The notes under the pieces are model-generated. The model ran no database searches, was not told the origin of the DNA, and saw only the letters and a program-made list of their open reading frames with translations. 64,000 nucleotides of DNA, from the NCBI GenBank assembly GCA_043758205.1, contig JAYVNY010000057.1, forward strand, positions 1 to 64,000. Direction: 5' to 3'. The position numbers were made by a program, and so were the translations under genes. Below, piece by piece: positions 54,247-62,488 of the stretch (its first letter is position 1; each line of letters begins with the position of its first letter). The DNA comes from Akkermansia sp. Lineage in GTDB: Bacteria; Verrucomicrobiota; Verrucomicrobiia; Limisphaerales; SIBH01.

Positions 54247-55428
54247 ATGACCATGTTCGATCCGCAAAAATTTATCGCCGGCAACGTGCGCGACATCCCG
54301 CGCTCGGGCATCCGTGACTTTTTCGACATTGTGCAGGGGATGAAAGACGTGATCTCGCTCGGCGTGGGCGAGCCGGATTTCGTCACGCCCTGGCACATTC
54401 GCGAGGCCGCCATTTACGCGCTTGAACGCGGCAAGACCGGCTACACCTCGAACCTCGGACTGCTCAAGTTGCGGGAAGTGATCGCGCAGCACGTCGCGGA
54501 AAAATTCCACGTCAGCTACAACCCGAAGAACCAGATCATCATCGCCGTGGGCGTGAGCGAGGCGATGGACATCGCGTTCCGCGCGGTCACGAACCCGGGC
54601 GACGAGATCATCTATCACGAGCCGTGCTACGTGAGCTATTCGCCGAGCATCGCGATGGCGCACGGCGTGCCGGTTGCGGTGTCGTGCCAAGCCGAGAACG
54701 GTTTTGCTGTCACCGCGGAGGCGATTGAGAAAGTCATTACGCCCAAAAGCAAAGTGCTGGTGCTGAACTTCCCGACCAACCCGACCGGCGGCACGATGAC
54801 GCGCGAGGAGTTGTTGAAAATCTCCGCGCTCGTTCAGAAGCACAACCTGCTCGTGTTCACCGACGAGATTTATTCTGAACTCACGTTCGAGGGCGAGCAC
54901 ACCAGCATCGCCTCCTTGCCGGGCATGGCGGAGCGGACGATTTTCCTGCACGGCTTCTCAAAGGCTTACGCGATGACCGGCTTCCGCATTGGCTACGCCT
55001 GCGGCCCGGTGGAGATCATCGAGGCGATGATGAAGATTCACCAATACTCGATGCTGTGCGCGAGCATCATCAGCCAAGAGGCGGCCATTGAAGCAATTGA
55101 ACACGGCTGGCCCGACATGCTGGAGATGCGCGACCAATACCGCCTGCGCCGCAATTTAATCGTCAAGGCGTTCAATGACTTGGGCCTGCCGTGTCATCTG
55201 CCGCGTGGATCGTTCTACGCCTTCCCATGTATCAAGAGCACGGGGCTGACCTCGAAGGAGTTCGCGTGGAAGCTGCTCGAACAGGAGAAGGTCGCGTGCG
55301 TGCCGGGCGGCGCGTTCGGCGCGAGTGGCGAAGGCTACGTGCGCGCGTGCTTCGCGACGTCCTTGGAGCAAATCCAGGTGGCTGTCGGGCGCATCGGTAA
55401 TTTTGTCCAGCGCGTGCGGAAAGGTTGA
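54247..55428 (+). CDS. PLP-dependent class I/II aminotransferase (aspartate aminotransferase-like)
   Basis: MTMFDPQKFIAGNVRDIPRSGIRDFFD.., ..GFSKAYAMTGFRIGYACG.. (SKxxxMTGxRxG lysine motif). Confidence 0.9.
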   Translation: MTMFDPQKFIAGNVRDIPRSGIRDFFDIVQGMKDVISLGVGEPDFVTPWHIREAAIYALERGKTGYTSNLGLLKLREVIAQHVAEKFHVSYNPKNQIIIAVGVSEAMDIAFRAVTNPGDEIIYHEPCYVSYSPSIAMAHGVPVAVSCQAENGFAVTAEAIEKVITPKSKVLVLNFPTNPTGGTMTREELLKISALVQKHNLLVFTDEIYSELTFEGEHTSIASLPGMAERTIFLHGFSKAYAMTGFRIGYACGPVEIIEAMMKIHQYSMLCASIISQEAAIEAIEHGWPDMLEMRDQYRLRRNLIVKAFNDLGLPCHLPRGSFYAFPCIKSTGLTSKEFAWKLLEQEKVACVPGGAFGASGEGYVRACFATSLEQIQVAVGRIGNFVQRVRKG

Positions 55429-55493
55429 GGGCAGGGCAGGGCAGGCCCTCAATCACTTCATATGCGGGCGCATTGGAGGCGCGTCAGCCGCTC

Positions 55494-56261
55494 TCACTTC
55501 CCCGCCGTCCAGCCGCCATCAATGATGAAGTCGGTGCCGGTGACGAAGGCCGATTCATCGCTCGCGAGATACAGTGCGGCGGCCGCGATTTCCTCCGGCT
55601 GCGCCATGCGGCGCAGCGCCTGAGTCGAGGCCATTTCCTCGTAGGCTTTTTGGGGGTCAGGATATTCCGCGAGCCGCGCCTTCACGAACGGCGTCTCGAC
55701 GCGCCCCGGACAGAGGCAGTTCGCACGGACGCCTTGCAAGGCGTGGTCCAGCGCCAGCGCCTTCGTGAATCCCACCACGGCAAACTTGCTCGTGGTGTAG
55801 GCCAGCCGGTCGCGCACCGCCACCACGCCGCCGATGGACGCGAGGTTGATGATGTTGCCTTGTTTCCGTTCCACCATCCCCGGCAGAAACGCCTTCGTGA
55901 CATTGAACATCCCGCGCACGTTCACTGCGTAAATGCGGTCGAGGTCCGTGCCGGTGGTTTGCAGCATCGTGCCGACGTGGCCGATGCCGGCGTTGTTGAC
56001 CAGCACATCCAGTCGCCCGAAGCGCGCATGAACGGTCTCCCGCGCCTGCTCGCACTGCGGTTCGCTGGTCACATCGAGAGCGAGAAAATCCGCCGCGTGT
56101 CCGGCGGCGCGAATGGACTCCACGGTTCTGCCCCCGCCCGCTTCATCGCGGTCGGCCACGAAAACGTGCGCGCCCGCGCGCGCCAAAACTTCCGCGATGG
56201 CCGCCCCGATGCCAGAACCCGCGCCGGTGACGAGAGCAACTTTGTTTTGTAGGCTGAACAT
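55494..56261 (-). CDS. SDR-family NAD(P)-dependent oxidoreductase
   Basis: MFSLQNKVALVTGAGSGIGAAIAEVLA.. (TGxxxGxG), ..YTTSKFAVVGF.. (YxxxK), ..NAGIG.. Confidence 0.9.
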   Translation of the reverse strand: MFSLQNKVALVTGAGSGIGAAIAEVLARAGAHVFVADRDEAGGGRTVESIRAAGHAADFLALDVTSEPQCEQARETVHARFGRLDVLVNNAGIGHVGTMLQTTGTDLDRIYAVNVRGMFNVTKAFLPGMVERKQGNIINLASIGGVVAVRDRLAYTTSKFAVVGFTKALALDHALQGVRANCLCPGRVETPFVKARLAEYPDPQKAYEEMASTQALRRMAQPEEIAAAALYLASDESAFVTGTDFIIDGGWTAGK

Positions 56262-56340
56262 GGCAGGAGGTTGAACCAGCCAGGGTGCAAGAGAAAGAAT
56301 TCTTGCGCGCCGAGCCACGGACAAAATGGTAACTCACCAT

Positions 56341-56376
56341 AAAAAAAGCGCGGAGCGTTGCCGCTCCGCGCTTTCT
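56341..56376 (-). terminator. Rho-independent terminator ending the rpsJ-rplC-rplD-rplW transcript
   Basis: aaaaaaagcgcggagcg-ttgc-cgctccgcgctttct; minus-strand reading gives stem then TTTTTTT. Confidence 0.65.
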
Positions 56377-56394
56377 GAAAACTTCTTCCCTCGA

Positions 56395-56676
56395 CTACGT
56401 GAGGATGATGCGATCGCCGTCTTTCAACGTGACGATGGCCTTCTTCCAGGCGTTGGTCCAACCCTCGTCGGCGCGCCGCTTGCGGCGGACTTTGCCGCGG
56501 ACGTTGAGCGTGTTCACGCGCACGACCTTGACCTTGAACAGTTCCTGCACGGCCTGGCGGATCTGAATCTTGTTCGCACGCGGGTCGGCGACCACGGTGT
56601 ATTGATTCAGCTTCTCGCCCTGGCGGGTGCCTTTTTCCGTCACGCGGACGGTCTTGATGATGTCGAAAGCGTTCAT
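56395..56676 (-). CDS. rplW: 50S ribosomal protein L23
   Basis: MNAFDIIKTVRVTEKGTRQGEKLNQYTVVADPRANKIQIRQAVQELFKVKVVRVNT.. Confidence 0.9.
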   Translation of the reverse strand: MNAFDIIKTVRVTEKGTRQGEKLNQYTVVADPRANKIQIRQAVQELFKVKVVRVNTLNVRGKVRRKRRADEGWTNAWKKAIVTLKDGDRIILT

Positions 56677-56677
56677 G

Positions 56678-57301
56678 TTACTTCTGGAGGCGTTCTTCGA
56701 GTTTCTGGAAAGCGCCGCGCGTGAAGACAAGTTTGTCGCTGCGGAGCAGTTGGTAGGTGTTCACGAAGTCGCTGCTGGTGACTTCGACATTCTGGACGTT
56801 GCGCGAGGCGCGTTCGAGGTTCTGGTTCGCGCCGTCGGTCACGAGGAGCGTGGTCTTCTTCACTTCCAGCGCGGCGAGCACGCTGATGAAGTCCTTCGTT
56901 TTCGCCGTGGCGAGCTTGATGTCGTCCACCACAATGACGTCACCCGCGTTCAGGCGCTCTGTGAAGGCCTTGCGCAAGGCGAGTTGCTTCGTGGTCTTGG
57001 AAACCTTCTTGGCGAAGGAGCGGGGCTTGGGGCCGAACACGACACCGCCGCCAACGAACAGCGGGGATTGGAACGAGCCGGCTCGGGCGCGGCCCGTGCC
57101 TTTTTGCTTCCACGGTTTTTTGTTCGTGCCGGCGACTTCGCCCGCCGTCTTGGTGCAGGCGGTGCCGCTGCGCTGGCCGGCGCGGTAGGCCGTCACGACG
57201 TCGTGAACGGCCTGCGTGCCTTTGCCGCCTTCGACGAGCGGGAAACGAACTTCGAGTTCGCCCGCCGGTTTTCCTTGGATGTCTTTGACTGAGATTTTCA
57301 T
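56678..57301 (-). CDS. rplD: 50S ribosomal protein L4
   Basis: ..KKPWKQKGTGRARAGSFQSPLFVGGGVVFGPKPRSF.. Confidence 0.95.
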   Translation of the reverse strand: MKISVKDIQGKPAGELEVRFPLVEGGKGTQAVHDVVTAYRAGQRSGTACTKTAGEVAGTNKKPWKQKGTGRARAGSFQSPLFVGGGVVFGPKPRSFAKKVSKTTKQLALRKAFTERLNAGDVIVVDDIKLATAKTKDFISVLAALEVKKTTLLVTDGANQNLERASRNVQNVEVTSSDFVNTYQLLRSDKLVFTRGAFQKLEERLQK

Positions 57302-57311
57302 GGCTCCTTAA

Positions 57312-58046
57312 TTACTTCTTGGCTGCGGCTTTCGCGGGGGCCTTGGCTTTCTTCGCGGGGGCGGCCTTGGCCTTGGCTTCGAGTTCCGCGCGGCGCTTGG
57401 CGACGTACTCGCGGTTCATCTTTTTCGATTCGCGGATGATGACGTAATCGCCGTTCGATCCGGGAATGGCTCCTTTGATCAACAAGAGATGATCTTCCGT
57501 GCGCACCTGAATGACTTCGAGGTTCTGCGTGGTGCGCTGAACCTGGCCCATGTGGCCGGGCATTTTCATGCCGCGATTCACCGTGCCGGGAAACAAACGA
57601 CAGCCGATGGCGCCGGAGCGGCGCTTCCAGCCTTTTGCGCCGTGGGTGGCGGGGCCGCCGGCAAAGTTGTGGCGTTTCATGACACCTTCAAAACCGCGGC
57701 CCTTCGTGGTGCCGATGGCATCAATGAAATCGCCGACCGTGAAGAGATCCGCGCCGATGATGTCACCGCTCTTCACTTCCTTGGAGAAGTCGCGGAACTC
57801 TTTCACCCGCTTGAAGGCGGGGGTGCCGTGCTTCTTAAAGTGACCGAGCAGCGGCTTGGTGACGCGCTGTTCCTTCTGTTCAAAAATGCCGAGCTGCACG
57901 GCGTTGTAGCCGTCGTTGCCGCCCTGCGTCTTGACCTGAATCACGCGATTCGGTCCGACATCCACGACGGTGACGGAGTGCATCACGCCGGTGGCGTCAT
58001 ACACGCGGGTCTGGCCCAATTTTTTTCCGATAAGTCCGAGAGGCAT
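57312..58046 (-). CDS. rplC: 50S ribosomal protein L3 with Lys/Ala-rich C-terminal extension
   Basis: MPLGLIGKKLGQTRVYDATG.., ..TKGRGFEGVMKRHNFAGGPATHGAKGWKR..; tail ..AELEAKAKAAPAKKAKAPAKAAAKK. Confidence 0.95.
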   Translation of the reverse strand: MPLGLIGKKLGQTRVYDATGVMHSVTVVDVGPNRVIQVKTQGGNDGYNAVQLGIFEQKEQRVTKPLLGHFKKHGTPAFKRVKEFRDFSKEVKSGDIIGADLFTVGDFIDAIGTTKGRGFEGVMKRHNFAGGPATHGAKGWKRRSGAIGCRLFPGTVNRGMKMPGHMGQVQRTTQNLEVIQVRTEDHLLLIKGAIPGSNGDYVIIRESKKMNREYVAKRRAELEAKAKAAPAKKAKAPAKAAAKK

Positions 58047-58080
58047 AAAATCTTGTGGTTAGTGGTTGCGGTTGGACCGT

Positions 58081-58389
58081 TCAGATTTTGATGGTGATGT
58101 CCACGCCGGCGGGGAGGTTGAGCTTCTTCAGCTCGTCCACCGTCTTGGCCGTGGGGTCGAGGATGTCGAGCAAACGCTTGTGCGTGCGCTGTTCGAAGGT
58201 TTCCTGGGATTTCTTGTCCGAGTGCGGCGAGCGCAGGACGGTGAAGCGTTCCACGCGGGTGGGAAGCGGGATGGGGCCGGCGACGCGCGCGCCGCTGCGC
58301 TTCACGGTTTCGACGATCTCATGGGCCGACTGGTCAATGACGCGATGGTCATAGGCCTTGAGCCGAATACGAATACGTTGTCCTGCCAT
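58081..58389 (-). CDS. rpsJ: 30S ribosomal protein S10
   Basis: [44 protein letters not shown].. Confidence 0.95.
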   Translation of the reverse strand: MAGQRIRIRLKAYDHRVIDQSAHEIVETVKRSGARVAGPIPLPTRVERFTVLRSPHSDKKSQETFEQRTHKRLLDILDPTAKTVDELKKLNLPAGVDITIKI

Positions 58390-58781
58390 ACAAAGAGCAA
58401 TTGTCTGTTAATGGTTAAAAAACTGCGCCGCTTTACCAAAAGCGGAGGCGGAATGTAGCAATCGAAAATTGGTGTGCAATCACTTTTTTGAAGTTTATGG
58501 GTTGTCTGCGGTGGCAGGCCGGGAAGTTACTTCCGAAGCGTCCTCGTCCCGAGTGCGGCTCTGAATCGCCCCCACTCCCAACACTCCGCGAAGCAAGAGG
58601 GGCTTGGTGTGGTGCGCACATTTTTGGAAGCAATTTCCTTCAGCGCCGCATTTACCCTGCTTATCCGCCACGGCAATTATTTGCTTGGTGTTCGCGGCTG
58701 CATGCTTGGTGTTTGAAATTTGGACTTTTGATTTTCGCTCCTCGCGCTGCGACGATGCCACGCCGTTGGTGTCTAAAGTGC

Positions 58782-59423
58782 ATGACAATTTCACGTCGTA
58801 ATCTGGTGCTGCTCGCCGCCATCGCGCTGGCGGCGCTGGTTTATTTCTTCTGGCCCGCGCGGCGCTGGGACTGGCGGAATTATCCCCCCACGGCGCACGG
58901 CCCGTGGGTGGCGTTCGGCGACAGCCTCACTCTCGGCACGGGCGCGGAGAACGGCGGCTATCCCGCGCTGCTGGGCCCGCGCCTCGGGGTGTCGGTGCAA
59001 AATCTCGGCGTGGCCGGCGAGACGACGGCGGATGGACTCAGCCGCATCGCCGAGATCGAGTCGCTCCAACCGCGGGTGGTGCTGCTCTGTTTCGGCGGCA
59101 ACGATGTGCTGCGCGGCCAGTCGCGCGATCAGATGTTTGCCAACCTCGGCACCATGATTGATCGGCTGCATGCGCAGGGAAGTTTTGTCGTGCTGATCGG
59201 CATTCGCGGCGCAACGGTTTTACGAGATGGGAACGCCAAAGGTTTCGCCGAACTCGCGGAGCAAAAGCAGGTCATGCACATCCCCAATCTGCTCGACGGC
59301 ATCATTGGCACTCCGAGTTTGATGTCCGACTACGTGCATCCGAACGACGCGGGCTACGAAAAGATCACCGCGCGGCTGGAGAACGAGTTGCGGCCCTTGC
59401 TGGCGAAACTGGCTGGAAAGTGA
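58782..59423 (+). CDS. SGNH/GDSL-family hydrolase (arylesterase-like) with N-terminal signal anchor
   Basis: Start MTISRRNLVLLAAIALAALVYFF; ..WVAFGDSLTLG.. (GDS block I), ..CFGGNDV.. (block III), ..DYVHPNDAGYE.. (DxxH block V). Confidence 0.8.
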   Translation: MTISRRNLVLLAAIALAALVYFFWPARRWDWRNYPPTAHGPWVAFGDSLTLGTGAENGGYPALLGPRLGVSVQNLGVAGETTADGLSRIAEIESLQPRVVLLCFGGNDVLRGQSRDQMFANLGTMIDRLHAQGSFVVLIGIRGATVLRDGNAKGFAELAEQKQVMHIPNLLDGIIGTPSLMSDYVHPNDAGYEKITARLENELRPLLAKLAGK

Positions 59424-59647
59424 AGAGGTCTCGCTGGTCGTAACGCCCTGATGGTCTCATGCCTTTTTCACGAAGCACGCTTTCACGCCCACGGCGATGC
59501 CGTCCACCTTGCAGGAGTTTTCATGGTCGCCGTCGCCGAGGCGGATGAGTTTGGATTTTGAACCGCCTTTGAGCACCTGCGTGCCGCCCAGTTTCAAATC
59601 TTTGATCAAGATGACGCAGTCGCCATCGGTGAGCGCGGTCCCGTCCG

Positions 59648-60115
59648 CTACTGCGCCGATGGCTTGACGATTTCCCGCGTCTGAAAGTTTGTCTGCCCCC
59701 GGGCATTGCCGGCGATGAGGTGCAGCCGATAGGTGATGCCCGCCTCCAATTGATCCGGTTCGGCGCGGGGAACTTTCGGTTTCATGCCGCGAATCTTGGC
59801 TCCGTATTGCAGCGCCTTGGTCGGCACGGAGTTCGAGTCAGAGATGAGGTGCCAGACCGCGTGCGGATATTTGTTGGTCCGCTCATCGTCGGCGGCCACG
59901 ACTTTGATCTCGGTGAATTTGTACGCGTGATCGAATTGAAAGGTGACCGGATACACCGGCACGTCGCCGGGGAGCGTCTTCACATTGCGCTGCGGCGGGC
60001 GGATCTGGGGGAGAATTTGAATTTGCTGCTTCACGAACCAGTCGGTGAAGAAAGTTACGTACACGCCGGCCAGCACCACGGCCGCGGTGATCAATAAAAT
60101 GCTCTGCTTGGTCAT
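59648..60115 (-). CDS. Hypothetical membrane-anchored protein
   Basis: ORF 59648..60229 trimmed to MTKQSILLITAAVVLAGVYVTFF; no motif recognised. Confidence 0.45.
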   Translation of the reverse strand: MTKQSILLITAAVVLAGVYVTFFTDWFVKQQIQILPQIRPPQRNVKTLPGDVPVYPVTFQFDHAYKFTEIKVVAADDERTNKYPHAVWHLISDSNSVPTKALQYGAKIRGMKPKVPRAEPDQLEAGITYRLHLIAGNARGQTNFQTREIVKPSAQ

Positions 60116-60240
60116 ACGGGTGAGTGGACGTTGCGAGCAGGCGATTATTCGCCAGCGTTCTTGTAAAAGATTTTTCGGCTCTGTGAATCGCGCGACCACT
60201 TCCAGTCCGCGCGAGTTGAAAACACGCATTAGGAAAACGC

Positions 60241-60978
60241 ATGAATCAGAAAATGAAAATCCAGCCCGGCACAGGCGCGTTCACGTTGATCGAGCTGCTG
60301 GTGGTCATCGCCATCATCGCCATTCTGGCCGGGATGCTCCTGCCCGCACTGGCGCGCGCGAAGGAGTCGGGCAAGCGCATCGCGTGCGTGAACAACCTGC
60401 GGCAACTCGGGCTCTCGGTGCAGATGTTCGCCGATGACAACGAGGGCCGGCATCCGGTGCGAACCATCAACGGCGTCGCCGGCGGAAGCTGGCCCACGAG
60501 CCTGCGCGATTACTACAAGGATTTGAAAATTCTCGTCTGTCCGAGCGATCTGAATCCACTCAGCAATTCCTCCGCGTCCTCGAACGATGACCGCGCTCCA
60601 CGCAGCTACATTGTGAACGGCTGGAATGATTACTTCGACGCCATCACGCCGATCAGTTCCATCTCGGTGCTGGAAGGGAAGCAGATGCCGGAGGCGGGCA
60701 TCAAAAACGCCAGTGACACGGTTTTGTTCGGCGAGAAGGTCGCGGACTCGATTCACTTCTACATGGATTTCATGGAGGTGGACCCCGGCGATCTGATCGG
60801 CAACGACTTTAAGGAAGTGGATCACGACAAGCACCTGCGCACGTCGGGAGCGCAGCGGGGCGGCTCGAATTTCGCCTTCGCGGACGGCAGCGCGCGCTAT
60901 GTCAAGCACTGGGGTTCAATTCAGCCGGTCAACTTGTGGGGCGTGACGGAGACCTGGCGCAATGTCGGCGTGCCCTGA
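60241..60978 (+). CDS. Prepilin-type N-terminal cleavage/methylation domain protein with C-terminal H-X9-DG domain (DUF1559/TIGR04294-like)
   Basis: ..[31 protein letters not shown].. and C-terminal ..[27 protein letters not shown].. Confidence 0.85.
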   Translation: MNQKMKIQPGTGAFTLIELLVVIAIIAILAGMLLPALARAKESGKRIACVNNLRQLGLSVQMFADDNEGRHPVRTINGVAGGSWPTSLRDYYKDLKILVCPSDLNPLSNSSASSNDDRAPRSYIVNGWNDYFDAITPISSISVLEGKQMPEAGIKNASDTVLFGEKVADSIHFYMDFMEVDPGDLIGNDFKEVDHDKHLRTSGAQRGGSNFAFADGSARYVKHWGSIQPVNLWGVTETWRNVGVP

Positions 60979-61062
60979 GTTTCCGCGCGGGATTCCTGCG
61001 CGCGGCGTCTCTTGAGCCAGCCCGGTGTGAAATGCCTGTTGGCACGACCGTGGGGATGCGCG

Positions 61063-62199
61063 ATGTTCGGTCGCATGACCGTGACCCTGGTCTTCCCCCA
61101 ACCTCAATTTTGGCCGCGCGTTTTTTTGTGGAGCGCGTTGGTGTTGGGATTTTTCTGCGAGGCGCACGGCGCGCAGCGCACCATTCTCACCCCGACGAAC
61201 ACCGTTGTGCGCGTCATGGCTGCGAACGTCACGGGCGGGGCGCAGCAGTACGAGGACTTCGCCATCCGCATTTTTCAAGGGCTGAAGCCGGACATCATCG
61301 CCATCCAGGAATTCAACTACCTCAGCGAGACCCCGGCGCAGATTCGGTCGTTTGTGGACACGGCGTTCGGCACGAACTTTTACTACTTCCGCGAGAGCGC
61401 GGCGGGCTACCAGATTCCCAACGGCATCATCAGCCGCTACCCGATCACCACGGCGAGCAACTGGACGGATGCGCTGGTGTCCAATCGCGGTTTCGCCTGG
61501 GCGCGCATTGATGTGCCAGGCACGAATGACCTCTACGTGGTGAGCGTGCATTTGAAGGCCACGAGTGGCGACACCATGGTACGCGCGGGTCAGGCCACGG
61601 CGTTGAAAAGTTTGATCCAATCCAATTTCCCCGCCAATGCGTGGGTCGTTCTCGCCGGCGACCTGAACATCTACAGCTACGCCGAGGCGGCGATGAACAC
61701 CTTCCGCACCTTCCTCAGCGCCACGCCCGTTCCTGCGGATCAATCGGGCAACACGAACACCAACAACGGCCGCACTGAACCTTACGACCAGGTGCTGACC
61801 AGCCCCACGTTCATCACGAACATCACGCCCGTCGTCATCGGCGCGCAGAGTTTTGCGAACGGCTTCGTCTTCGACTCGCGCGTGTTCACGCCGCTCAGCG
61901 CCGTCGCGCCCGTGCAGAGCGCCGATTCCGGCCTCGCGCAACACATGGCCGTGATGAAAGACTTCCGCATCCAACACACCCTCACGAACTCGGTGGAAGT
62001 CCCGCGCCCCGTGCTGGTGCAATCGACGACGAATTTCTTTCGCTGGGCCGCGGTGCCGGGCATCACCTACACCGTCGAGCGCAGCACCACCTTGACGAAC
62101 TGGCAGGTCGCCACGCAGTTCACCGCCCTGACCACCAACCTTACTTTCACCAACCTGCTTTCGACCAACGCCTACCGCTTTTTCCGGGTGAGCTATTGA
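61063..62199 (+). CDS. Secreted endonuclease/exonuclease/phosphatase (EEP, DNase I-like) family protein with C-terminal beta-sandwich domain ending YRFFRVSY
   Basis: ..VRVMAANV.., ..PDIIAIQEFN.., ..VVSVHLKA.., ..VLAGDLNIYS.. EEP motifs; C-terminus ..YTVERSTTLTNWQVATQFTALTTNLTFTNLLSTNAYRFFRVSY. Confidence 0.75.
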   Translation: MFGRMTVTLVFPQPQFWPRVFLWSALVLGFFCEAHGAQRTILTPTNTVVRVMAANVTGGAQQYEDFAIRIFQGLKPDIIAIQEFNYLSETPAQIRSFVDTAFGTNFYYFRESAAGYQIPNGIISRYPITTASNWTDALVSNRGFAWARIDVPGTNDLYVVSVHLKATSGDTMVRAGQATALKSLIQSNFPANAWVVLAGDLNIYSYAEAAMNTFRTFLSATPVPADQSGNTNTNNGRTEPYDQVLTSPTFITNITPVVIGAQSFANGFVFDSRVFTPLSAVAPVQSADSGLAQHMAVMKDFRIQHTLTNSVEVPRPVLVQSTTNFFRWAAVPGITYTVERSTTLTNWQVATQFTALTTNLTFTNLLSTNAYRFFRVSY

Positions 62200-62488
62200 G
62201 TCGGCGGCGTCCGAAAAACGTCAGCGCCCGCGCCGCTTTTTCCCGTCACGCTCATCACAAACGACGCGCGCGAAGAATTCTATTGAGCCCTGGTCCGGGC
62301 ACTGCGGAACTCGAAGGACTTCGCCTTCAATCCCTGAGGCCTCGCGTTGCGGGCGCGGTTGATTTGTCCTCGCGCAAAACCGCCCGCTCTGCTTCTCTCG
62401 CCCGTCCCATCGTTTCTGGTTCGTGGGCCGTGAGCCTCCAACCTTGGCAACACTCGTTTCAACTGAGTGCAGTACGGCCATCTGCATT

